A DNA stretch of 64,000 bases from Octopus sinensis (Eukaryota): NCBI RefSeq assembly GCF_006345805.1, contig NC_043026.1, positions 14,735,579 to 14,799,578 of the forward strand. The letters are read 5' to 3'. Shown one piece after another: positions 10,781 through 22,560 of the stretch; position 1 is the stretch's first letter, and each line of letters starts with the position of its first letter. The notes below the pieces were generated by a model that was given only the letters and a program-made list of their open reading frames with translations, did not search any database and was not told where the DNA came from. The position numbers were made by a program, and so were the translations under genes.

Positions 10781-13700
10781 CGAAAGATGGATAATCAATG
10801 CCAAAGAGTAGTCGAGAATGTTGGTGGTGATGATGATGCAGATGATGATGATGGTGGTGGTGTCGGTACGTGCCCTTGTTCCTTGACCTTCCGCCGGAGG
10901 TCGACTGCGATGATCTGGCACCAAACATATAGGAAGAGTAGTCATTCGAACCATTCCCACCATCACCACCAGCACCACCACTACCACCACCGCCGTCGTC
11001 GTCGTTGTTGTTGTTGTTGTTACTGTAGCTACTACTACCACCACTGTTGGTTCTACTCCCACCTCCGCTGCTGCCTCCGGTTCCTCCTCTACCACCACCA
11101 CCAGCACCACCACCACCACCACCGCTGCTGCTGCCGCCGCCACCACTACCAGCGCTGCCGCCGCCACCACCACCGCCACTACCAGCGCCGCCGTTGCCGT
11201 TGTCTCCGCCACCAGCGCCATCATCCAGCCTTCCTGATTTCCCTCCGCTCCGACTATTATTGCTGTAACTGCCACCACCACCACCGCCGCCACCACTACT
11301 ACAGGTACTCATGTTCGGGTGGCTATGTTTACCATGGACAACATTATCATTATTACTCTTGCAGTGAGTATTACCATTGTGATCATTATGATTATTATTA
11401 TTAGCATTGTTATTACGATTATTATTTCTATTATTATTATAATTATTATTATTATTATTATTATTAATATTATTGCTACTGTTGTTTGCGTAAGCGGGAT
11501 GCTGGTTAGGCAGCGCATCCGTGGAACAGGCGGTGGTGTTGGTGCACTTCTTGAAGTGATGCAGGTCGTTATTGATGTACCCCAGGGACTGCCTGTGCTG
11601 CCACCTACCCTGGGACCGCGACGGCATTCCGTTGTTTAGTATGTTCGGCGACGGAGTGCTCCGCCGCCTCATGCCGCCCTCACCACCACCACCACCACCA
11701 CCATCAGCCAACGGAGACTCTGGCAGCTGTTTCCGTTGGCGACGGTGGCTGCTCTGTCCATCTTCCGTGCATTTGGAGCCATCCAGGCTGCACTTGGGTG
11801 GATGCTGCTGTTGCTGGGGGAGGTGCCACGACCCAGCAGCAAAGGGTGGGGAAGCAGGAGAGGGACTAGTAAGGGGACTGTGGTGTGACGATGACGATGA
11901 TGCTGATGATGACGGCGCTGGCGTTGATACTGCAGCTGAGGAAGATGGTGATGAGAAGAAAGCAGGAGATAGTGGAGGAGGTGAAGGAGGAGGAGGAACG
12001 GCTGCTGTAGTGAAGTTCTTCTTCTTCTTCCTGCTGCTGCGAGAGGATTTGTTGCTTGGCTTACCCTGGCAACAACTGTCTGACCTCTCGTACAAAGGCG
12101 ACGCCCTATTCTCTCGATCCACATCGCCGCCGCCGCCAACACTGGTATCATAACTGTCACCGCATACTGTGGTTCTATCTTTTCTGGTGGTGGATGCTGT
12201 TGTTGTTGTTGTTGTTGTTGTTAAGCCCATTGCATTCTCATACGCGGGGACATTCGCAAAGGAAGCAGATTTTCTCCCACTGTCAATACTGCTGTGACCC
12301 CTGCTATCGACGGGGTTCGCAGAGAACATTGCAGTCGGATTTGGTTGCGAAGAAAGGGAAACACCTAAGCCCGATGTCGACAGGGGTACACTAAAACTGG
12401 ATGTTGAGAGGCACGCACCGATGCCAGGCACAGATGGGGGGCCCATACCAAAACCAGGCGCTGAGAGGGTTGCATGGAGGCCCGATGCAGAAAGGCTCGA
12501 CGTAGAGGGAGAGAGTGATGCTGAGCTGAAGACAGGTGTGGTTTTCTGTCTCTCTTTGGCCAGCTTTGCTACCTGTGAATAGGTGCGTCTCGACGAACAC
12601 ACCTCTTCTTTGTTGCTGCAGTTACTACCCTGCTCTGATGCCGGTGATGACAGCGACAGTGGGGGCAGAGGGGGTCTTGGTAAATTTGATGCTGGTGTTG
12701 GTGTTGCTGCTACTGCTACTGATGGTGGTGATGGTGCAGCACTATCAACAAGGAGCTCAGAGTAGACAAATTCATTGTTGTAAGTCCAAGAGTGGACACG
12801 AAGAGGTGGTGAAACCCCTGCAAAATCTGTTGACCTTCCATGTGGTTGACACTCTTCCTCCCGCATTCGTTGTTGTTGCTGCTGCTGTTCCCACAATTGC
12901 TGCTGTTGTTGTTGTTGATAATGCTGCTGTTGCACAGCATGGTCTTGTTGTTGTTGTTGCTGTTGTTGAAGAAACCGCAAATGCTGTTGTTGCTGCTGCT
13001 GTTGTTGTTGCTGTTGTTGTTGTAGTAACAGCTGGTGCAGTACGTACGCACGACTGGCTTCGGCAGACTTCCTCTCGCTGCCGATTGCACCCTTGGTGGA
13101 CGACGACATGCAGTAAAGCGGGAGAGCGTCCCCGCAGTGAGGGGGCAGCGGCACCGGGGCTGAAAGGGACGGCGGCGGCAGCGGTAAATGCGGCACTGAC
13201 AAAGGTAGCGTCGGAGAGGAAGACGCGGGCAGAGTCGGAGGGATCACGACGGAGACGCCTCCAAGCTGTTCCCCACCATGACGTGGCTTAGAGCCAGGGA
13301 CACTGCCAGTCATAGTGGTGGTGGTCATGGTATGGAGGGGGGGAAGTTGAGCAAAGGCTTGTTGCATCTCTGCAATAGAAATGAATTCCTCGTCCTTGAA
13401 ACCGTTCTGAAGGCAACAACTATCTCCAGCCTCGCTGCCAACAATGGCCCCACTACTAACGGGTTGCTCCAGCATGGACAAACTGCAACGAAGAGGACAA
13501 CCCAACCCAGGTTGATGGTTCGTCATTTGGGCTTTGGTTAAGGTTTCACTGGAGACCAAGTTGAGGACAGGGTTGGCGGTGAGGCCGCAGATAGTCAGCA
13601 GGGGCGCCGCAGATGAAGCTGCTATTGTTGTCATGGCGACAGTCGTCAAGGAAGCTTCAGCCACTGTTGACGTCAACAAGGCATTTGTTGTTGTTGCTGT

Positions 13701-14117
13701 TGTTGTCAACGAGGCACTAATCGCCCTCGTCATGACAGATGAAGATGAGTGCGAGGGGACGGGAGTGTTTGCATCCGGGGAGCCTGCATTGGTGGGGTAA
13801 CTGTGACAGCTGTATGTAGGTTGACCCAAGGGGAACAGAGACATAGTGCCACCAACACTTCTGAAACCAGCCCAGTTGATGTTGCTGTTGTTGCTGTTAT
13901 TGTTGTTGCTATTACTACTAGTACTGCTGCTACTGGTCAAACTCTCGCTCTTGTCCGTACTCAGATCCACACCACCGTCACCACCACCACCCCTGTCCAG
14001 GCAGTAGGTGAACTCCTCACGCAGGTGAGTATTCACTGTGTACTCTTTGCCCGTTGCGCAATGTCCTCCAACACCGAACCTGAAGCCAGCATCCCTGTTG
14101 TTCACTGTGTCGACCAT
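10781..14117 (-). CDS. DNAJC14: DNAJC14-like J-domain protein, first coding exon (3337 nt; low-complexity N-terminus)
   Basis: Open frame from ATG at 14117 in GCCACCATGG context; polypyrimidine/CAG acceptor opens the exon at 14193; ends TTC G|gtaagt (donor 10780-10775, phase 1) and splices in frame to the exons below. Orthology is inferred from the architecture (long N-terminus, TM region, ..LPATGEEAMQRLL..KDPYSILG..HPDK). Confidence 0.8.
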
Positions 14118-14193
14118 GGTGGCAGGATTACTGGAGTTTCATGGCCGGATGATGAAGAAAAAAAAACGGCCTGGCAAAATGTCTTCAATAAAC
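14118..14193 (-). promoter_or_regulatory. 5' UTR part of the DNAJC14-like exon with Kozak sequence and a 4-codon uORF (14142-14128, MKLQ*)
   Basis: ATG AAA CTC CAG TAA ends 10 nt before gccaccATGG; the splice acceptor at 14194-14196 implies an upstream non-coding exon. Confidence 0.65.
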
Positions 14194-14617
14194 CTGAGGA
14201 AAAAAAAGAAAAAAATTCATTATAATACACATACGCAGGAGTGGCTGTGTGGTAAGTAGCTTGTTTACCAACCACATGGTTCTGGGTTCAGTCCCACTGC
14301 ATGGCACCTTGGGCAAGTGTCTTCTACTATAGCCTCGAGCCAACCAAAGCCTTGTGAGTGGATTTGGTAGGCGGAAACTGAAAGAAGCCCGTCGTATGTG
14401 TATATATATATATAGATATATATATATATAAATATAAATATAGGCGTAGGAGTGACTGTGTGGTAAGTAGCTTGCTAACCAACCACATTGTTCCAGGTTC
14501 AGTCCCACTGCGTGGCCTCGGCAAGTGTCTTCTACTATAGCCTCGGGCCGACCAAGCCTTGTGAGTGGATTGGTAGGCGGAAACTGAAAGAAGCCCGTCG
14601 TATGTGTATATATATAT

Positions 14618-15372
14618 AGGCGTAGGAGTGACTGTGTGGTAAGTAGCTTGTTTACCAACCACATGGTCCCAGGTTCAGTCCCACTGCGTGGCACCTCGGG
14701 CAAGTGTCTTCTACTATAACCTCGGGCCGACCAAAGCCTTGTGAGTGCATTTGGTAGACGGAAACTGAAAGAAGCCCATCGTATATATATAAATATATAT
14801 ATATATGTATGTGCGTGTATGTTTGTGTGTCTGTGTTTGTCCCCCTAGCATTGTTTGACAACCGATGCTGCTGTGTTTACGTCCCCGTAACTTAGCGGTT
14901 CGGCAAAAGAGACCAATAGAATAAGTACTGGGCTTACAAAGAATAAGTCCCGGGGTCGAGTTGCTCGATTAAAGGCGGTGCACCAGCATGGCCGCAGTCA
15001 AAATGACTGAAACAAGTAAAAAGAGAACAAAAAACAGAGAATATATTAGAAGGATATCCAGCGTTGTCCTGAAAACGAAGCACCCATCGGTTAGCCAGTG
15101 ATTTGAACTCAAATCCTTGAGGCTCTGCATAAGATTACTATTTCAGACACATTATATTATTTATGACATTTGTTATTTTACTTTACTTTTTTACTTGTTT
15201 CAGTCATGTGACTGTGGCCATGCTGGAGCACCACCTTTAGTCAACCCCAGGACTTATTCTTTGTAAGCCTAGTACATATTTTATCAGGCTCTTTTTTGCC
15301 GAACCGCTAAGTTATGGGGACGTAAACACACCATATGTTGGGGGGGGGGGCAAACACAGACACACAAACATG

Positions 15373-15404
<32 letters not shown>

Positions 15405-16402
15405 ATGGGCTTCTTTCAGTTTCCGTCTACCAAATACACTCACAAGGCTTTGGTCAGCCCGAGGCTATAGTAGAAGACACTTGCCCAAGGTGCCACGCAG
15501 TGGGACTGAACCCGGAACCATGTGGTAGGTAAGCAAGCTACTTACCACACAGCCACTCCTGCGCCTATGAACAATTTATTTACTTTTCAATAACTGCCTT
15601 CCTAAAAGGGAAGGCAAACATTATATAAATTATATATGTATATATATATATATATATTATAGGCGTAGGAGTGACTGTGTGGTAAGTAGCTTGCTAACCA
15701 ACCACATGGTTCCGGTTCAGTCCCACTGCGTGGCACCTCGGGCAAGTGTCTTCACCTACTATCGCCTCGGGCCGACCAAAGCCTTGTGTTGCATTTGGTA
15801 GACGGAAACTGAAAGAAGCCCATCGTATATATATATAATATATTATTGTATGTGCGTTATGTTTGTGTGTCTGTGTTTGTCCCCCTAGCATTGTTTGACA
15901 ACCGATGCTGCTGTGTTTACGTCCCCGTAACTTAGCGGTTCGGCAAAAGAGCCAATAGAAAGTACTGGGCTACAAGAATAAGTCCCGGGGTCGAGTTGCT
16001 CGATTAAAGGCGGTGCACCAGCATGCCGCAGTCAAAATGACTGAAACAAGTAAAAAGAGAACAAAAAACAGAGAATATATTAGAAGGATATCCAGCGTTG
16101 TCCTGAAAACGAGCACCCATCGGTTAGCCAGTGATTTGAACTCAAATCCTTGAGGCTCTGCATAAGATTACTATTTCAGACACATTATATTATTTATGAC
16201 ATTTGTTATTTTACTTTACTTTTTTACTTGTTTCATCATGTGACTGTGGCCATGCTGGAGCACCACCTTTAGTCAACCCCAGGACTTATTCTTTGTAAGC
16301 CTAGTACATATTTTATCAGGCTCTTTTGCCGAACCGCTAAGTTATGGGGACGTAAACACACCATATGTTGGGGGGGGGGGCAAACACAGACCACAAACAT
16401 GC

Positions 16403-16433
<31 letters not shown>

Positions 16434-16680
16434 CGATATATATACGATGGGCTTCTTTCAGTTTCCGTCTACCAAATACACTCACAAGGCATTGGTCAGC
16501 CCGAGGCTATAGCAGAAGACACTTGCCCAAGGTGCCACGCAGTGGGACTGAACCCGGAACCATGTGGTAGGTAAGCAAGCTACTTACCACACAGCCACTC
16601 CTGCGCCTATGAACAATTTATTTACTTTTCAATAACTGCCTTCCTAAAAGGGAAGGCAAACATTATATAAATATATATAT
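14618..16680. repeat. ~1043-bp direct tandem duplication
   Basis: 14618-15660 is repeated at 15661-16680 with scattered 1-bp indels. Confidence 0.85.
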
Positions 16681-16689
16681 GTATATAAT

Positions 16690-16920
16690 GTAAAGTATAG
16701 AAGCCATCTCAATATGGCTAACCACAAAGGAGGGGGGGATTTACTGTAGCTTTCTAGCCCCAGGAGATCATCGTCTCCAGCTGGCTTTAGACACACTCTT
16801 TCTGTGCCGAAAGTGTGTCTAAAGCCAGCTGGAGACGATGATCTCCTGGGGCTAAAAAGCTACAGTAACACCCCACCAACACTTGTGGTTAGCCATATTG
16901 AGATGGCTTTTCTACTTTAC
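16690..16920. repeat. Fold-back palindrome, ~110-bp arms
   Basis: Left arm is the reverse complement of the right arm; the right arm plus flank is repeated at about 17165-17330. Confidence 0.85.
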
Positions 16921-17349
16921 GTTGTCGAGTGGTTACTGTTTACATCTCGTTCTGAGATTTAATAATGCTTACAGTCAGTTTTTCGAAATCAGTGGCAGAC
17001 GTCACTAGAAAAACTCTTATATATTTGCAGGGAGGCCTTCTCTTTCATCGTGACCTGGTGATTACCGCCCGTTGATAAGAGACAATAATCTCGAAACCGG
17101 TCCGGTCCGTATCACTCAGGCTTACAAGGAAGGGATGGCCTCCCTTTGCAAATACTTTAAGGGCACAGAAAGTGTCTAAAGCCAGCTGGAGACGATGATC
17201 TCCTGGGGCTAAAAAGCTACAGTAACACCCCCCACACACACTTTGTGGTTAGCCATATTGAGATGGCTTTTCTACTTTACATTGTCGAGCGGTTACTGTT
17301 TACATCTCGTTCTGAGATTTAATAATGCTATATTTCTCTTTTATCTCTT

Positions 17350-17930
17350 TTCTCCATTGTTTCAGTCATTTGACTGCGGCCATGCTGGAGCACTGCCTTT
17401 AGTCGAGCAAATCGACCCCAGGACTTATTCTTTGTAAGTCCAGTACTTATTCTATCGGTCTCTTTTACTTGTTTCAGTCATTTGACTGCGACCATGCTGG
17501 AGCACCGCCTTTAGTCGAGCAAATCGACCCCAGGACTTATTCTTTGTAAGTCCAGTACTTATTCTATCGGTCTCTTTTACTTGTTTCAGTCATTTGACTG
17601 CGGCCATGCTGGAGCACCACCTTTTAGTCGAGCAAATCGACCCCAGGACTTATTCTTTGTAAGCCCAGTACTTATTCTATCTATCGGTCTCTTTTCTGTT
17701 TTTATTGTTGTCAGTCATTTGACCTGCAGACCATGCTGGAGCACCGCCTTTAGTCGAGCAAATCGACCCCAGGACTTATTCTTTGTAAGTCCAGTACTTA
17801 TTCTATCGGTCTCTTTTACTTGTTTCAGTCATTTGACTGCGGCCATGCTGGAGCACCGCCTTTAGTCGAGCAAATCGACCCCAGGACTTATTCTTTGTAA
17901 GTCCAGTACTTATTCTATCGGTCTCTTTTG
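17350..17930 (-). repeat. Five tandem ~112-122-bp SINE 3'-end units
   Basis: Units join at tctctttt; a two-unit version lies at 55125-55345. Confidence 0.85.
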
Positions 17931-18467
17931 CCGAACGGGGACGTAAACACAGCAGCATCGGTTGTCAAGCAATGCTAGGGGGACAAACACAGACATATAC
18001 AGACACATATATATATATATATACATATATATGACAGGCTTCTTTCAGCTGGACAGTCCAGCATGGGTTGGACTGTTTGACCGGGGTCTGGGAAGCCAGA
18101 AGGCTGCACCAGGCTCCAGTCTGATCGGGCAATGTTTCTACGGCTGGATGCCCTTCCTAATGCCAACCACTCCGTGAGTGTAGTGGGTGCTTTTTACGTG
18201 CACACCGGCACGGAAGCCACTCAAGGTGGCGCTGGCATCGGCCACATACGGATGGTGCTTTTTAGGTGCCAGGGTAGGGTGGAAATGGCCACGATCGGTT
18301 GATGCTTTTTACATGCCACCGGCACGGAAACCAGTCAAGGTGGCGCTGGCATCAGCCACGTATGGATGCTGCTTTTTAGGTGCCAGGGTAGGCTGGCAAC
18401 GGTCACGAACGGTTGGTGCTTTTTACGTGCCATATTATATATATAGTGTATATATTGTATATATATA

Positions 18468-18980
18468 TCTATATATATAAAACTGTAGTTGTGTGAGTGT
18501 CTGTCCCCTTCGATTTAGATTCCTTACTACTCCCACATTTTGCGGTGCAGTTTAACCAAATTCGGGTATCTTATAGTCGTGATTCATATCGAGCCCGTCT
18601 GCGTACTAGCGCGCGTCTACGATGAGTCTACGATTTTAAAAATAAATTAACATCATTTTTTATTCCATTTTAATAATTTTTCGTGTGTCGATGGCGGCGG
18701 AGTTGGCGTCCACGCTCAAACACCTGCACCTGTGTTTGCTTCTCCCCCTTCTTCCCTCCCTCGTGAAGCTGTGGGGAAGGGAGTGTAAGGAAATCAACAT
18801 TGTAAAGCGTTGTCAAGGAGACCAGTGTTCTTTTAGAACAACGACTTCATGGCTTGAAGACACCAAAACAGAAATAGCTAAGAAAGCCCGAATTGGCATC
18901 TATAAGGGAAGTAACTCTCTAAAAATGCTTATATAGTTATTTCCCTTACAAACCCGAGCAACGCCGGGCGATACTGCTAG
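18468..18980 (+). mobile_element. Non-autonomous Helitron-like element B
   Basis: A|TCTATATATATAAA...cccgagcaacgccgggcgatactgCTAG|T; absent from the paralogous inverted copy near 23520. Confidence 0.75.
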
Positions 18981-19698
18981 TTGTATATATGTATGTCTGC
19001 CTTTATATATGTGAGATAATAATTTCACTTTAACAGTTTCAGTATTAATAGTGAAACTATTTATCTGACATTACAATAGGAAGTTATTGACACGTAATAC
19101 TGAAATAGTAGAAGATAATAAGAGATTGTTCTGGCCTTGCATTAAGCAAAAAACTGAAAGTGTTTTTGGTCCATGACACTACATGGACCAAAGTACGTAA
19201 GGAACGTGTAAAATTTGAAGGAACACAGTTGTGTAGTTCTCGAGTTTTAGGGATTCACAGACACACAGACAGACACATATTCACATCTTTTTATATATAT
19301 GTATACTCTCTTTTACTTGTTTCAGTCATTTGACTGCGGCCATGCTGGAGCACCACCTTTAGTCGAGCAACTCGACCCCGGGACTTATTCTTTGTAAGCC
19401 CAGTACTTATTCTATCGGTCTCTTTTGCCGAACCGCTAAGTGACGGGGACGTAAACACACCAGCATCGGTTGTCAAGCAATGCTAGGGGGACAAACACAG
19501 ACACACAAACACACATACATATATACGACAGGCTTCTTTCAGTTTCCCTCTACCAAATCCACTCACAAGGCATTGGTCGGCCCGGGGCTATAGCAGAAGA
19601 CACTTGCCCAAGATGCCACGCAGTGGGACTGAACCCGGAACCATGTGGTTGGTTAGCAAGCTACTTACCACACAGCCACTCCTGCGCCTATATGTATA

Positions 19699-19737
<39 letters not shown>

Positions 19738-20396
19738 CTGTATTACATGGATGATAATATTTTCAACGACATTACAACAGTTCCCCAAAAGCTTCAATTC
19801 TGCCTCTCTAGATATATTTACTCGAATGCTGACATCTACCGTATTGGTTTGATGCGTCATTTTCCACCATTAATAAGACTCTAGGCATGTTTGATGACAC
19901 GGGTATACTATGAAACATAGATACAGACACACACACACTAACACACAATGCGATTATAAAAGACATTTTATATATATTATTTACAATACATTTTTCATAT
20001 ATATATATATATATATATATATGTAAGTTCAGCAAAAATTTAGATTCAAATGAATATGGTACTTAATTTAGATGCACCAGAATTTTGTATGGTGTTATCC
20101 ATAAAAATCCGTGGGGTGATTATAATCAAAATAAGCAACAAGAATGACTCCGGTAATTTGATACGAAACGATCGTACCAAATTACCAGAGTCATTCTTGT
20201 TGCTTATTTTGAGTATATATATATATATATATATATATATGGCGATATCGAAAGAATGCCACGCGCATATATATACCCACGCACACATATGAGGGAATAG
20301 GCATGTATGTGTATATGTGTGGGTGCATATATATATATATATAACGGAGTAAGAACATAAATGTGAAACAAGGTGGAAAAAAGAGTACTCAAATAC

Positions 20397-20566
20397 GGTC
20401 CTACTTGAGAACACTCGCGCAAGCTAGTCGTGACTAATCGATCCTACAACGACTACCAAGCAAAGTAAATAAAACACAAAAAACACAAAGTAAGGATCGA
20501 CTAGTCATGACTAGCTAGTGCGGATGCGCGAGTGCGCGCACTGGGACCACTGTTCTCAAGTAGTAC
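20397..20566. mobile_element. 170-bp palindromic MITE with 9-10-bp TSD (Mutator-like by TSD length)
   Basis: TIR ctacttgagaaca/tgttctcaagtag; TSD ACTCAAATAC at 20387-20396 and 20567-20576. Confidence 0.6.
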
Positions 20567-20594
20567 ACTCAAATACCAGAGGTAGAACAATATG

Positions 20595-20783
20595 CTTTAT
20601 TTAAATGCAGCAGAAGTAAAACAAAAGCTGTTACTCAAGAGTTTCACTTTCTCGTTAGTCGGACATTTTTGTAACCGCGACGTTACGGGGACGTAAACAA
20701 ACCCACGTCAGTTCGTCCGACGAACGGGAACGTGAAACTCTGAGTAACAGCTTTTGTTATATTTCTGCTGCTTTTAAATAAAG
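20595..20783. repeat. Inverted repeat, ~75-bp arms
   Basis: ctttatttaaatgcagcag..gctgttactc..gagtttcac versus gtgaaactctgagtaacagc..ctgctgcttttaaataaag. Confidence 0.8.
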
Positions 20784-20790
20784 TGTATAC

Positions 20791-20824
<34 letters not shown>

Positions 20825-21054
20825 ATGTATGTATATGTATATATATATGTGTGTATATGCATATATATATATATACTTATATACATGTATATATATATAT
20901 GTGTGTGTGTGTGTATATATGCATACATAGATATATATATATACTTATATACATGTATATATATATATTTGTATGTATGTGTATATATATATACATACAA
21001 ATGTAAAAATATATATGCATACATACATATATATGCATACATATATATACTTAT

Positions 21055-21086
<32 letters not shown>

Positions 21087-21739
21087 ACATACAAATATAT
21101 ATATATGCATACATATATATATATACTTATATACATGTATATATATATATATATATAACATACAAATAAATATATATGCATACATATATATATATACTTA
21201 TATACATGTATATTAATATATATATACATACAAATATATATATATATATATACAAATATATATATATGCATACATATATATATATATACATGTATATATA
21301 TATATATATATACATACAAATATATATATATATGTGTATATATATATATATATATACATAAAATATATATATATGCATACATACATATATATATATATAC
21401 ATGTATATATACACATATATATATGTATATACATCTAAACATAAAGCTATGTGTGTGTGTGTGTGTATACATAATGCAAAACACTTACAGGAAAGATGTT
21501 GTTGCTGTTATGATTGGCGATGCATCAACGATGCTGTTATATCGGCAGAAGTGTAGGTATGTAAGGTGGTAACCTTGTCTTCAGACACTAGATTGACACT
21601 GCAGTGGCAGCGAAAGCCACACTGCACGGCAAAAAATCGCACTGCAAATGGCCTGAGATTGTGAATTACAATTTGGTTAATTGCACACTGATACGGCCAT
21701 GTTGTAAATGTGTCGAATGGCTTAGTGAGGTGGTAGGAG

Positions 21740-22560
21740 GAAGGGGAGGAGGAGAGTTACGGAAAGAGTAGATAGCTAGTGAGGGAGGGTGTTGCCAGGG
21801 GTGGGGGGGAAAGAGTAGGACGTCGTGAGAGAGGATTGGTGAGAGGTTGGAGAGTTACTGATGGTGTGACGTGGTAGGAGGAACAAACGGAGGAGAGAGT
21901 TACGAGCAGAGTAGATAGCTAGTGAGGGAGGGTGTTGCCAGGGGTGGGGGGAAAAGAGTAGGACGTCGCCAGAGAGGATTGGTGAGAGGATTGGTGGGAG
22001 GTTGGAGAGTTACTGATGGTGTGACGTGGTAGGAGGAACAGGAAGAAACGGAGGAGAGAGTTTACTAGTGAGGGTGTTGCCAGGGGTGGGGGAAAAGAGT
22101 AGGACGTCGCGAGAGAGGATTGGTGAGAGGTTGAAGAGGTACTGATGGTGTGACGTGGTAGGAGGAACAAACGGAGGAGAGAGTTACGAGCGGAGTAGAT
22201 AGCTAGTGAGGGAGGGTGTTGCCAGGGTAGGGAAAAGAGTAGGACGTCGCAAGAGAGAGTGATGGGAGGATTGGTGAGATGTTGGAGAGTTACTGATGGT
22301 GTGATGTGGTAGGAGGAAGAAACGGAGGAGAGAGTTACGAGCGGAGTAAATAGCTAGTGAGAGAGGGGGGTTGAGGGTGGAGAAAAGACTAGAACGTTGT
22401 GATAGAGAGTCGAGAGGAATAGTGAGAGGTAAAAGAATTGAGGTAGTAGGAGGAAAAAGAGGAGAGAGTTACGAGCGAAGTAAATAGCTTGTGAGGGAGG
22501 GTGAGAAAAAATGTAGGACGTTGTGAGAGAGTGCTGAGAGGATAGTGAGAGGTTTGATTT
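21740..22560. repeat. Purine-rich ~125-bp degenerate tandem repeat
   Basis: Repeated gtggtaggagga..cggaggagagagttacgagc..agctagtgagggagggtgttgccagggg. Confidence 0.75.

Noticed and set aside
10706-14259. Many overlapping ORFs on both strands inside the large DNAJC14 exon
   Set aside because: Trinucleotide repeats and GC richness suppress stop codons; only the minus frame from 14117 has a Kozak start and splices in phase
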